Assembly (NCBI RefSeq): GCF_018977255.1
Contig: NW_024704743.1
Span: forward strand, 104,534,001-104,598,000
DNA length: 64,000 nt
Reading direction: 5' to 3'
Source of the DNA: Callorhinchus milii
Taxonomy: Eukaryota
Shown: piece by piece, positions 51,759 to 64,000 of the stretch
Layout: each line of letters starts with the position of its first letter
How positions within the stretch are numbered: the first letter of the stretch is position 1
The notes under the pieces: model-generated
What the model saw: only the letters and a program-made list of their open reading frames with translations
Told to the model about the DNA's origin: nothing
Databases searched by the model: none
Made by a program: the position numbers and the translations under genes

Positions 51759-53427
51759 ATTTATTTGAAAGTTAATGTAAAATAAATTCCTTATGGTTAT
51801 AACATGCAGAAGGGAAGTCTAACAGCTCCATGAGTACATTCTGCCACCCTCTGTATCTTTGGAAAACTGGCAATTTATATAAAGCAGCATTACTTTTGTA
51901 GTTGCTATTGGCAATTATTAAATAATTAGAATTCTCTCTGTACAGTACAATTTACATTTATATGGCATCTTTCATGTCAGGAGGATGTCACAAAGTGCTT
52001 GATACTGCACTCTATACACATGTGCTTATACACGGTTTGTACAACTAACGAACTAGATCCCAGAATATACATGTTTTTAAGCAGTTCATTTAAAGGTAAA
52101 ATGTTGTGTCGATTTCCTTTTGCTTAAGCTGTCTTCAGAGATGGCCAGTGTGGAGTTACATGCAATGGTATTTCAGAGTTGCTCCAAAGGGAGTGACAGC
52201 CTTTCATTTTACATTTAGCAAGAAGTGCATGCAGGTTGAAGATTGCTGGTAGGCAAAGTCCAATTGAGTCCCAAGTGAGTCCCAAGATGAGACCTTTCAG
52301 ATAATCGTCTCAATTCCCATTGAGCTATTTGAAGATCTCCTTAATCCCCTTTATATTTCTCCTTTATGTAGTCTAAAAGCTGTACAAATTCGACTGCCCC
52401 AGATTCAGAGAATTAGAGTGAATGGAAACCCAAGATGGCTTCCTGCAGGTGGTAACCTCTTTCAAATGGTTCTCAACATATTTCAATTCAACATTGGTTC
52501 AGTGAGTTTTCTTCCCCCAAGATTTTTCAGTAGCTCACTCTTCTAAAAAAGATAATAAAGTTATATTAGGATCTAAAATGTGATCTGCATTAAGTATTTC
52601 CCTAAGAATCAAATATGATATTGCCCCCACTCTCTGGAACTCAATCCTTTCGCCTTACTCCTTTCCTTGTCTCCTTCAAGATCCACCTCCAAACCTTCCT
52701 CTTTGATCGCACTTTCAGCCATCTTTTGCACATAGCAATGTCCTGCAAAAAGCCATTAGGTGAATGATGCATTTTTATTTTGGGGATCGTTGGACAGGCC
52801 ACCAGGAGAAACTCCATTACCTGATTTCTTCCAGAGTATTTTCCTGCTCCTATTATGTTCCCAAAACAAAAAATAATGTTTCTTAATATGTTCATCATCA
52901 TGACATGTACCACCCTTCCTGGTAACCCATTCCTGTTGTTGTTGTTCCTCTGTGTGAGGAAATACATCCTGGTATCTGTTTCTAAATTGACTTTAACAAC
53001 CTTGAGTCCTTTTGTTCTGTTGCTTTGGAATCTATGAAAATAAATCCCTCTCAATTCTTTCTGCTCCAGCCAAAAAGCAGTCCCAATTTTAAACTCCAAT
53101 GCTTTAATTTCCTTCGCTGGCTTAATGATGCCTGCATTTCAATCTCAAAATCCAAAAAGGAAATATTGAACTATAAAAGAAAATCAATGGGACAGTTATA
53201 ATATTAATCCTTACATTTGACATAGTGCCTTTCACTTGAGAAGGCCATCTCAATGTGCTTCAAAGGAAATGCTGTAAAGTGTAGTGACAGTGTATTTTGT
53301 AGCTGAAGACAGCAGACACCAATTTGCACACACCAATATCCCACAAACAACAATGAAGTTAATTTGTATTGTTTAGACAGTAGTCTGGGCAAAACTCTCT
53401 TCAATGTTTTACAAAAGATGCTATGCA

Positions 53428-53862
53428 TCACACAGAGGATGCTATTCAAAATCCTGGGCCTCACTTTCAAAGCCCTTCATAGTCTTGCTCCACTCTATCT
53501 CTGCGACATCCTAACCCCCTACCATCTGCTTGCTCCCTCCGCTCAGCAGGCTCCGGCCTGGTTCACGTCCCCCACCTCACTCGCCCCACTATTGGCGGGC
53601 GGGTCCTTTGCCACTCTGCCTCTACCCTCTGGAACTCCATCCTGCAGTCCCTCCGCCTCATCCCCTCCCTTGCCTCCTTCAAGACCCATCTCAAGAATCT
53701 TTTCTTCGATCGTCTTTCAATCACCCTGCTTTCCCTCCTGCCTTCCACCCTCCTTGTTCCTGACCCCCCCACTTGAGTCTGAAACTCTGTTTGTCCAATG
53801 CCTTGGGACGTTCTCCCAATGTGAAAGGCGCTCTTCAAACGTAATTTTGTTATTGTTGTTGT
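53428..53862 (+). mobile_element. L2 (type A) 3' fragment
   Basis: FKILGLTFKALHSLAP; type-A tail. Confidence 0.9.
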
Positions 53863-55939
53863 ATTTACAAAAGTGACCTTTCATTCCTTGCTGGAAACTT
53901 CTCTTTACTCACCGCAATGTAGTTTTAGTCTGAGACAGCTGCTGAACGAACCAAAATGACTCTCCACTGCAGTGCAGCTATTAAGCTGTGAAGGTCATTG
54001 GAAATAGCAGGCTCGTCACTGTTTGTAAAATACAGAGCAAGTCCTACTCTTCAGGGCAGGATTTTAAAAGGCTTTTCAATTCCATTGTGCTTGAAACCAA
54101 TCTGCGTAAAAAATATTCAATGTTCAGGAGATGTGGTTAGGTAAGCGCCTATTTGATTTTTTTTTGTGAAGCTTTGCATTGAGAATTCACTTCAGCTACA
54201 TTTCATATGCCTCACCAACCCTTGTCCTGGGGGTTTGAACTCCTGGTGAATTTGCTATGATACATGTACACTTCTATGAGCCTTATCAGTCATATGATTT
54301 AACACTTTAATTTGGCACTGCAGATAAAGTATGCTGTCCAATGGAACATTCAAAGCAAATTTAAAAACTTCACAGCAGGAAATAAGCCACCACATGCTCG
54401 GTAGAATTAATTCCACTGGCAAAAAGTCATATACTACTTTAAAGGGAATATGATTGCAATTAATTTTGCAATTTTGTACTATTGGAAGCATTGCATTTCC
54501 CTTCTACCAGTAGATTGGTTAGAACTTATATTCCTGTTCCAAAATTGCTCTAAATTGAAGCCCCAATAGAGCACTGTCTTAGCAGGTCCAGCATCCAGTG
54601 TCTTGGGCAGAGAGGGCAAGGGGGTGGTTTTTAAATGTACTAATTGTCAGCTCATACTGAGCTGCTTCCATTATCAGTGGGTCTAGGGAATTTCCAATCT
54701 GTTTGCTCACACACAGTGACCGCTAACCAATTGTATTACGCAGCCTAAAGGATGAATGTGAGTGCTGAAAAGTTCGATCAATAATCATTGCTTATTTATT
54801 TAAAGCTGTGTTTAGTTTCTTCTGTCCACCAAATATTGGTTTGTGGCTCTCTACTCGGGGAACAATCCACATAAAATGGCATTAATTCACAGAATAAAAC
54901 ACTTCTTAGCAATAATAACACAGGAATTAGATTATTGGCCCCAAATCAATCTTTTACTAACTAATAGCACAAAAACACTGCACTTAAGAGAGCATTTCTC
55001 ACAGAATTATTTACTGGAAGGTGTGTGAGAGGCACAGCAACAAGGGCTGTGAACCTGCACAAGAACTGACAAAATGTATCTTAACAACTGGCTGAAGCAG
55101 TAGAGAGCTTTGGAACTCAATGCTGTGACATCAAATCTCAGGACATATCTTAAGGACTAAAGCGCAGTCATATTATATTACATCTCATGAAACCATATAC
55201 AGCCCAGAATGAGCCAATTCACCTATTATGTCTTTGTGAATTCTGCAGTCCCCAGTAGAGTAGTTGGTCTCCATTTTGATGAAAAGGTGATCAATAGCTA
55301 AATGTGCGGTGGTCTCCGGCCTACGGCGCCTTGGGACATCCTCCCGACGTGAAAGGCGCTCTATAAATGGAATCTTGTTGTTGTTGTTGCTTCAAATCCC
55401 CCGTGGGCCTTCAGCCTCTCTGCCTTCACCCTCTAGAATTCCATCCCACAATCCCTCCAGCAATATACAAGTGCAAATAGTTGTTGTAAACTTCCCTTTG
55501 TTTCTAAATATATTTATTTAAACAGAGTTATACGAAGTGCAAACTTTTTCTTTTGTCAAGGAATGTTACAGGTTCCATTACACATTTTCTACCATTTTCA
55601 CTGTTTTTGGTCTTGCTGTTGCAAACGGTGTCAATAATCTGAACCCAGATCTATGCCTCAAAACTGACAACTGGAAGGTGTGTGAGAGGCACAATAATAA
55701 CAACTTGCACTTGTATAGTACCCTCCACCCAGGGTAGCATCTTGGTCTGCTTGCACCATTATCCTCCCTCATTCCACTTTATTTTAGGGTTTACTAAAGT
55801 CACCTATATATATTGCTCTCCCTTTCACCCGCATCATTCTCATTTACCCAAACAGACCCCATATTCATTTCTTCCTTTTGACTCATTGGTTCACTGCAAT
55901 TTCTAATCATTAGTTTCTTTACTGTATTCACAAAATTCA

Positions 55940-56416
55940 ACTCATCCAATACTCTGCCGCCCGCATTCTAAACTCCACACCCCGATTACCCCAGTCCTTC
56001 CCAAACTCCATTGACTCCTTCCCACAAAGCGGATTGACTTCAAGATCCTCACTCTAATGTTTAAACACTTCACGCCTTAGCACCCTATCTCTCTAACCTC
56101 CTATCTCCTCACAGCACTACCCACTGCCTCCACTCTACTATCTTCGACCTCCTCCTTGTTTCTTGAATCCTCCGTTCCACCATCGGTGGCTGTGCCTTCA
56201 GCCACTACACCCTGAAGCTGTGGAACTCCCTCCCTCAATCCCTTCACTTTGCCCCCTCTTTCCCCATTTTCAGACTGCACCTGAAGACCTCCCTCTTCGA
56301 CCTTATCTATGGTCACCTTTCCCCTCCACTGGGCTCAGCATCAGGCTCCACCATTGTTAAGCGCTCTGGGATGTCAATCGGTGTAGAGAGCACTGTGTAA
56401 ATTCAAGTTGTTGTTG
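55940..56416 (+). mobile_element. L2 (type B) 3' fragment
   Basis: gattgacttcaagatcctcact; ggctccaccattgttaagcgctctgg...caagttgttgttg. Confidence 0.85.
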
Positions 56417-57061
56417 TATATCCACCAAAACAAACTTGCAATTTCTCTCACGTGAAGTAAATAAATTCTCTTAATAAGACTCCCTCTTACCCAGCAAAAT
56501 CACTCCATGTCCCACATGCACTCACATTTATCATTCTTTCCTTACCAGAGATCACCCGTTCTCCAATTATGCTCCAGATCTGTTAAGTCAATTAAATCCG
56601 CTTTCTTATTCCATATATCCCTCAAGTGTCAGCATCTTGTTCTTTTTACTTCTTATGTTATTCAGCTCATCAATAGTACAATGATCCTGACAACTAGTTA
56701 TCTTTTAAAATTGGTTTTCATCTCCTGGGTTTCTTCTCATCTCTGGTCCTTTTACATAAAGGCTCGCATACAGCATCATTATAATTCTTAGTGTTCTTCC
56801 TTTATACTGTGTTGAAGCTATAGGGAGTAAAGTCCTCTCACTCCAGACAGCTTGGTGATGTGGAGAGGAAGCTCCATTTGTATTTCCTGCACCACGTGGC
56901 TTTAAATTGTGTACAAAAAAAAATTTTTGTACAAAAAATGCTTTTATAAATAAAATAATTTATAATTGGTCTATTTACCATTCTCGGAATGTTTGACAGG
57001 CAGAGACCTTTGAGGGAACCTTGTCGTAGTGAATGCAGTATGATTCCCATCCAGTACATTT

Positions 57062-57370
57062 ATAACAATAATCCTTATATTTGTTACAGTGACTTTTGCA
57101 TTGGGAGGATGTCTTAAAGCGCTTCACATGATTTACTGTGAAGTGTAGTGCCTTGGGTGAATGTAGGAGCCAATCATGGCAATGCCCCACAAACAGCCAA
57201 GAAACAAGTGACCAATTTTTATTTGAAAGAATGTTGGCTAGAACATGCTCTCTTTTCTTTTCAAATTGTGCCACGAGATCTGTAATGTCGACCTGAACAG
57301 GCAGGTGGACCTTGGTTTTATGATTCATTTGGAGAACAGCACCTCCAACAAAGTACCACATCCCCAGCAA
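57062..57370 (-). mobile_element. Deu-domain SINE
   Basis: Tail complement then ttcaaattgtgccacgagatctgtaatgtcgacctgaacaggcagg...ccttggttt. Confidence 0.75.
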
Positions 57371-57884
57371 TGTTTGTTGTAGTTTTTCAGTGTTGTTTTG
57401 ATGCTATCAGAAAATAGGTTTCTGGTGATCAAATCTGGAACCTCCATGTGTCAGAGCTATTACAGTGTTTTCTGAATTGACTCTTATAGTTTCCTATGAT
57501 TACTTTAAACATAACCGATTGTTTGCATATGAAATTCCACCCAGTCTCCCAATAATTTTGAAAGATGGTATTCAACATTCTTAACCATCACCCAGCACTA
57601 GAGTGTGAAATTAATTAATTTTGATGTACCATACCATATTACCATACCATACCATATTAGTTTGTGGAATTTTTATCTTTCGTTTCAAGCAAAGGTTATC
57701 ATTTCTTTGATGCTTCCAGTTTCTCTGACTGGAATCTGGTGCTGGTAACATTGATAAGAAGGATAAAGGACCTTTCCAATGTGTCACTTTAACAATCTCG
57801 ACCGCTTCCATTCTCTTCTCTCCCATTTCACCCTCATGTCTTATCATCTACTTTAAAACACCTGCAAAGTTCAATTCTGTTCAG

Positions 57885-58022
57885 TTCAGTTCTGACGAAT
57901 GGTCGTGTACCCAAAACGTTGACTCACTTTCCTTTCTCCATAGATGCTGCCTGACCTGCTGAGTTTTCCCAGCTCTCTCTGTTTTTGTTTCAGATTTCCA
58001 GCATCTGCATTATTTTGTGTTT
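57885..58022 (+). mobile_element. Penelope-like terminal repeat with degenerate hammerhead motif
   Basis: ctgacga...caaaacgttgactcactttcctttctccatagatgctgcctgacctgctgag, resembling chondrichthyan Penelope termini as I recall them. Confidence 0.7.
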
Positions 58023-59127
58023 TGTGCAAAGTTCAATTGATAGGTGCAGCTCTGTTTCCTGGACACTGTAGGCACTTAACCAATCTGTCCATCAATACCT
58101 ATCAGGAACATATGACCCTTTCAGCTGCCAACAGAAGTGATAAAAATAATTATTTATGATTCTGAAAGAAAACAAGAATAACATGCTCACATATTGTCCT
58201 GTTTGCTCCAGTCTCTTCTGTTAATAACCAGCTTTCAGCCTCTCATTCTGAGTTTTTTCATCAACTTGCGTTAATATTGCATTCTTCACATAGGATTATA
58301 TTCCAGAAGGCTTTAAAGTGATGGGGGTCACACACCATACAGAGGAAAGAGGAAGGGGTGTGTGACTATGCATACGATCAAAGTGTAGGTTCTAAGGCAG
58401 ACTCAAAGACAATTGGAGAGAGGTTGAGGCAGGCTTGAAGTGGAAAAGTAGATTTGGGTATCAAACTGACGAGGAGAGACACATACATACACAAACACAT
58501 TAGAGTGAACATTGTGCAATGTGCTGAACTAACTAACACGTTGCTGAAAAATGTGAAAGGTGCGACATCAAATGTAAAGATTACTATTACTGAACTTCTT
58601 ATCTTTCCAGCAAAATAAGCAAGGGGTAAAATGTTGAATATTTGATACGCAAGAGGATACGTATTCATTACATCTGTAACCTAAATAAATTCACTGCAAT
58701 ATTACACAAGGCAATTATCAGTCTATACTGCTGTTTAAGATTCCTAATGGTGCTTTTAAATAAATATTTAGGATCTAATATATAAGATTAATGAGGAGTT
58801 GCTGTTAATTGAAAGGCAACTTGAGTAATTGCAGTTCCAGCTTTAATCCAGCAATTTATTACACTGAAGCAGTCAAGATGCATACAACAATGTAAAATGT
58901 GTCTCCTCTGGGGAATCCCATGTGTATCAGTTGACCTATGAGAATTTGGCTCAAAAATGATCTTGGGTCGGAGCTAACTTCTCGTGGGTTGCTATGATTG
59001 CATGTGGTGTTCCCTGGAGAAGATATACTTTATGCTCCAACTTGCAAGGCACTATTTATGTTGTAGTTTTCTTACCAAGCTCTGTTGCAACTCCATGGTA
59101 TTTTTTTCGGACAGTCAGTCTGAGACA

Positions 59128-59537
59128 CAACAACAACAACAACAAACAATTACAAACAACAATTACATTTGAATAGCACCTTTCATGTTGAGAGGACGTT
59201 CCAAGGTCCTGGATAGTTAGGGATTTGGACCCGAGCTGGGGGTTGGGATTATGAGAGGTGGAGGGTAGGGAGGGTAGGGGTAGGAGGATGACCGAAGGGC
59301 ACATTGAAGAGGAGGGTATTGAGAGTGGGCCATGATAGAGGCAGCGAGACAAAGGCACTGTGGGATGAAATTCCAAAGGGTCAGGCAGAGAGGCTGAAGG
59401 CCTGACGGCCAATGGTATGGTGTGCCGGGGACATGGAGCAGGACAGAGCCTGCTGAGCAGAAGAAGCAGACAGATCTATATGGAGTTAGTAAGTCACAGA
59501 AGTAGGGAGCAGCAAGGCCATGGAGGGCTTTGAAGCA
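59128..59537 (-). mobile_element. L2 (type A) 3' fragment
   Basis: (CAA)n then reverse complement of the type-A tail and ORF2 end. Confidence 0.88.
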
Positions 59538-59732
59538 CTATCACTACTTCAAGCGGAAAACCATCACTATGCTTAAAAGTAACCAGTCCAGAATGAGTGA
59601 AATAATATGTAAGTGTGTATACAATCTACGCATGGAAATATTCCAGGAATGGAATGCATGCTCTCCCTAGAGGGATGCATTCGGATTGTCTAAGTCTGAA
59701 GAATATTAGGAGCAGGTTAGTGAGAACCAAGA

Positions 59733-60265
59733 CTTGCAGATCATCCAAAACTCTGCAGCTCATGTACTCTCGCGCACCAGGCTCTGTGACCCCATCACCC
59801 CACCTTTACCCGATTCCACTGGCTCCACATCCCTCAGAGGATCGAATTCAAGATCTTCATCCTCACTTTCAAAGCCGGCCATGGCCTTGCCCCCTCCTAC
59901 CTCTCTGACCTGCTGACTCCCTACCAATCTGCTCGTTCCCTCCATTCAGCGGGCTCTGGCCTGCTCCATGTCTCCTGCCCGACCCGCCCTACCAACGGTG
60001 GCCGGGCTTTCAGCCTCTCTACCCCCACACTCTGGAACTCCATCCCACAATCCCTTCACCTGGCTTCCTCCCTTGTCTCCTTCAAGGCCGGTCTCAAGAT
60101 CCTCCTCTTCGATCATGCCTTCAGTCGCCCTCCCACCTCTCTGCCCTCACCCCTACCCCACCCTCCCCCATGCTCGGGTCCTGACCCCTGACTGTCCAGC
60201 GCCTTGGGACGTCCTCCCGATGTGAAAGGCACTCTATAAATGTCATTTTGTTGTTGTTGTTGTTG
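59733..60265 (+). mobile_element. L2 (type A) 3' fragment
   Basis: LQIIQNSAAHVLSRTRL; type-A tail + (TTG)n. Confidence 0.92.
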
Positions 60266-60501
60266 CAGATCCAGAGCATGCAATAGGGTACTGATGGAGT
60301 TGATGGAGATGGGGTACTGACCAGCGAAAAACATACTGTCTGGCAAGCTTCCTGCTGCTTGTCCAGCTCCGGCCACTCAATCCATTAAGGTCTTGAATTA
60401 CAGGGTCTCCCAATCCCTCTGCCTCGCCTCCTCTTTATCTATCTTTAAATCCCGCTGAAGACTTACCTCAACTACTTCAATTGTCACTTCCCCCTCTTCT
60501 T

Positions 60502-60842
60502 AGTGGTTAGACCACTTGGCTCGCAAGCGAAAGACCTGGGTTTGACTCCCATGAACCTGGAAACATTGGGCAAGTATTCTTACTCCATACAACTCTGTTT
60601 ACCTAGCAGTAAGTAGGAACCCAGTTGTTAGTTGATTGGTGGATCACTTCTGCGGGGTCACTTATTTGGTCACTCATTCCACAACTGCTTGTGGGACACT
60701 ACTGTGCGCAATTGGCTGCTGCGTCTCACCCACGAAATATACAGTTAATTCACTTTGCAGTGTATTCTGTGAAGCGCTTTAAGACGTCGAGAAAATGTAA
60801 TGAGGTACCACATCAACTGCAAGGATTATTAATATTATTATT
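60502..60842 (+). mobile_element. Long-form SINE, followed by an L2 type-B tail (60845-60904)
   Basis: gtggttaga head, ctctgtttacctagcagtaagtaggaacc, gacgtcgagaa tail. Confidence 0.85.
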
Positions 60843-61439
60843 GTGCAGCTCTCTGAGGCAGTATCCTGCGTGAAGGGAGCTATATAAATGCAATTTGTTG
60901 TTGCTACGATTGAGTCTAATGATAGCCTTGTTTACATTGATTTTTCACATTCTGAAAATGAAATAAAATCCAATGCTCACTAAAATTAGCCAGAGATATG
61001 ATCCTCAATCAATTTACTCACTTTTCCTTCCCTTAGAATAACATTTTGGAATGGAAAAGCTAACAGACACCCTGGATATTGTTACCGGTGATCAAATAAA
61101 GTTTTATGAACGTGTTGTATATTGGAATATTGAATTAGCAATGGTTGCTTTTGCAATCCAGATACAAATTGTGTTTGGTGAGTAATTTACTGTGCAACTC
61201 GATTCTTTATATATATATAAAAAATAACCCATAATTTTTAGTGGGTCAGCATGCTGTCATTTGGAAAGTTCACTGAAAACTAGGTTTCTTGCTTAAGGGT
61301 GAGGGAGTGCATAAGGAACATCAAGGCATCAAGGCATCAGGGTGCAAAATGTAAAGTTTCATTGCAGATCTTATGCACTGAATCTTTTCAGGATCTTAAT
61401 TGATAATGTGAGTATGAATATCCTCCTCTTCCCCCAGAT

Positions 61440-61675
61440 TTGACACAGAGAATGGTAACCATGTGAAAGTCACTGCCGGAAACTATGAAATAAATAACAT
61501 CAGTGTGTATAAGTATTTTAAGGAAACATGATGCATACATGAAGGAGAAAGGAACAGAGAGGTATAGGACAGAGGATTGGGTTATTTGAAGCTCAAGAGC
61601 AATATAAACACTGGCATGGACTGGTTGTGCTGAATGGCTTGCTTCCATGTTGCATTACTCTATGTGACTCTGTGT
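61440..61675 (+). mobile_element. CR1 3'-end fragment, old
   Basis: acacagagaatggt...gctgaatggcttgcttccatgttg. Confidence 0.65.
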
Positions 61676-62589
61676 AACAATAATTTCATCTGAAACTTCC
61701 TTTTAAAATTGTTCAATCACCTGTGCAGCAGGAATGCATGTGCAGCAACAACTGCAGATTTTTACAGGCATGTTCCAAGTGTGAATTCATGCATTTAAAA
61801 CCCCAGTGCTAATTAGCATTTTGTATTGATGTAATCTGTGCCTTTCCATTACTGTCTGCTCTTCACTGACAGGGTCTGGTCCAGAAATCAGCTTTTCAAT
61901 TATTGCTTTCAACAGTTGTGTTGAGTCATTGCCTCCAAGAATCACACGCCTGCTCCACTTCACTGGCTTCTTAAAAGTGATCTTAAACTCTATACATGTA
62001 CAGATACAAATTGCTACCATTAATGTGGTTCACTTTACACTGGAGCAGCAATGATTGAGATGTTAAATCCTTTGGCGATATCTTCCATTTGCTATTTTAT
62101 GCATGTCTAGACACAATACAGAGTTCAACACTTTTACATTTTTTGCTGTCATGAACACAGCCTCCCCTCCTCAAAAATAAATTGATGTAAATGCTGAGCA
62201 CGTGCCTCAATGGTTATCTAAACATATTAATGCGTGTGAGGTTGCTGAAAGCTGACATTAAACTTCTTGGGAATCATCTATATTCAGATGCTGGCAGCAT
62301 GCACTGATCATTACCAGGCTTTAAGGGTCAACCAGAAAATAATATGGAGCTACATCATAATTTGCTATATCTTTGTGAATCTACAGTAAACTCCTGATAA
62401 CTCGACCTGGCTTGACTTGTCATTATCACTTAAGTCATCACGCTGTCAATATCCTGGTCGCAGTTATTTATGTATTTATACATATGCCTAACTTGCCATT
62501 ACAGATAACTCATCACTGAGCCCTTTTCTCTTGAAGCAACGCATTATCTGTTTACTTTTTGTCATCATTAAAAGCATACTTATTATGGG

Positions 62590-62720
62590 TTTCAAGAAGT
62601 AGACAGGTATATGAAGATAAAGAGTTGAAGGATGTGAATGGACAGCTTGCTCTGAGAGCCAGTTTGGCTCAATGGGCTGAATGGCCTCCTTCTGTGCTGT
62701 CAATATCTATGATTCTAAGA
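62590..62720 (+). mobile_element. CR1 3' UTR fragment
   Basis: aatgggctgaatggcctccttctgtgctgtcaatatctatgattcta. Confidence 0.75.
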
Positions 62721-64000
62721 TTTCAGAAATTGCAGCTTGGATTGATGCTATCAGCCTGGTTTCATTGTTAAAGTGGCTTTGGATGTGTAATTAAGAAGAT
62801 TAGGACTATGACTACAGAATGTAAAAACAAATCAGCTCAAAGTATTGAATTGAATAGATTGATAGAATCAAATGGAATTTAATCAAACTTACACATTTTG
62901 CTGTCATAAAGGTTGTGTCAAACCATGAGTCCTCAGATCTACTTTGATCTATATCATTAAAGCAATATTTGCTAGTTTTATGAATTTTATTAAATACTCT
63001 GATCTTGATGAAAATTCTCTCTGCTGTCTTTGAAGAAGATATTATCTTGGACTCAGAGCACCAGTGAGGGTATTTTACACTGTACAGGGTGATGATGAGT
63101 TGCCCTGAAAAACATTTCATCTCCACTACATTTTTATATTTAATTCCTGGAACTTGTTTGCCTTTCAAAAAAATAATTTGAAGAGATGTTCAGAACTCAA
63201 ACCTGTGGAATTACAAATGTGCTTCCCACAACACAATACTGATTATAATTGATCCTGTCAATTGTAACACCTACAAGTTAACCCATCACCATGCTGAGGA
63301 ATATTTCAATATGAAATATACTCTACGTACCTCTAAGGAATCTAACAAATTTACTAATTTTCTCAATTTAGCTAATTCCCTTATTCCTAATGGACGTCCT
63401 GGTGAATTATTGTTGGATTTCCACCAAGGCCAGTATTTTCCTCTTAAGTTTGACACCCAACTTTAAACACGATGCTAAAATTGAGGTCTGACCAGCTCTC
63501 CCTTTAACTTTACCAAAACCTACTTCCTTGGCTTTATAGACTATTGGGTAAAATTTCCGTTCAGTGGTGTGTGCAGCACCTTCTGCATGATTTATAATGG
63601 GAAACCCTATTAGTGTCCAACATCACAAAAATGGATGCATGTAACACTCTACGGAATATTACCCAAAAAATAATGTTTCTCTTGTGATAAATCCTAGCAT
63701 CTCATTAGCTTTATTGATTACTTTTGTGCACCTGTAAACTAGATTCTAAACAGTTATGTACCAGGACCCATTAAACAATTTATTCATCTACATTTCCTTT
63801 CCCAGTGATTCCCCTTATAGTATAAGCTATTTGTTTCCATCCCATAAGTACGAGTTCACACACTTTGCTATCTTGAATTAATTTCATAGTACCGTAGAAA
63901 TTTATGGCACAGAAAGAGATCATTCGGCCAATCAAGCCTCTGGCATTTTTCAGTTGACTTGCTTAATCTGTTCTTTGTGGTTTTCACAAATCATGACAGC

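Noticed and set aside
56909..56933. tgtacaaaaa...tttttgtaca palindrome
   Set aside because: Low-complexity and expected in AT-rich DNA
62382..62470. Tc1/Tigger-like terminus TA-CAGTAAACTC..GATAACTCGA
   Set aside because: Only one end visible and no matching inverted terminus, so not called
24300..64000. Exons of a downstream neighbour such as PXDNL on the minus strand
   Set aside because: Expected from human synteny as I recall it, but I found no peroxidase or vWFC-like peptide with splice sites; a short exon could have been missed

Overview
Vertebrate genomic DNA, very probably a cartilaginous fish. The repeat set (tRNA/CORE SINEs, Deu-domain SINEs, L2, CR1, Penelope ends) resembles elephant shark/chimaera; this is inferred, not verified. 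The only host gene I can support is the 3' end of gamma-1-syntrophin (SNTG1) on the + strand: three phase-0 coding exons at 4375-4467, 14464-14574 and 23352-23483, with canonical AG/GT sites and the stop codon. Beyond ~24 kb I recognise no exon. The rest is retroposon-dense: two L2 subfamilies with (TTG)n tails (one copy keeps a ~1.43-kb uninterrupted RT frame), CR1 fragments, a tRNA-Ala-like/CORE SINE in long and short forms, older Deu-type SINEs and Penelope-like termini. Most listed ORFs are repeat-derived or noise. I found no convincing new protein-coding system. The best leads are SINE subfamily evolution with apparent capture of the L2 3' stem-loop, a decayed hammerhead ribozyme, an unclassified three-copy repeat, twin intronic hairpins, a possible templated insertion and several nested insertions. 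Exon coordinates are exact; repeat boundaries are approximate (about +/-10-30 nt).
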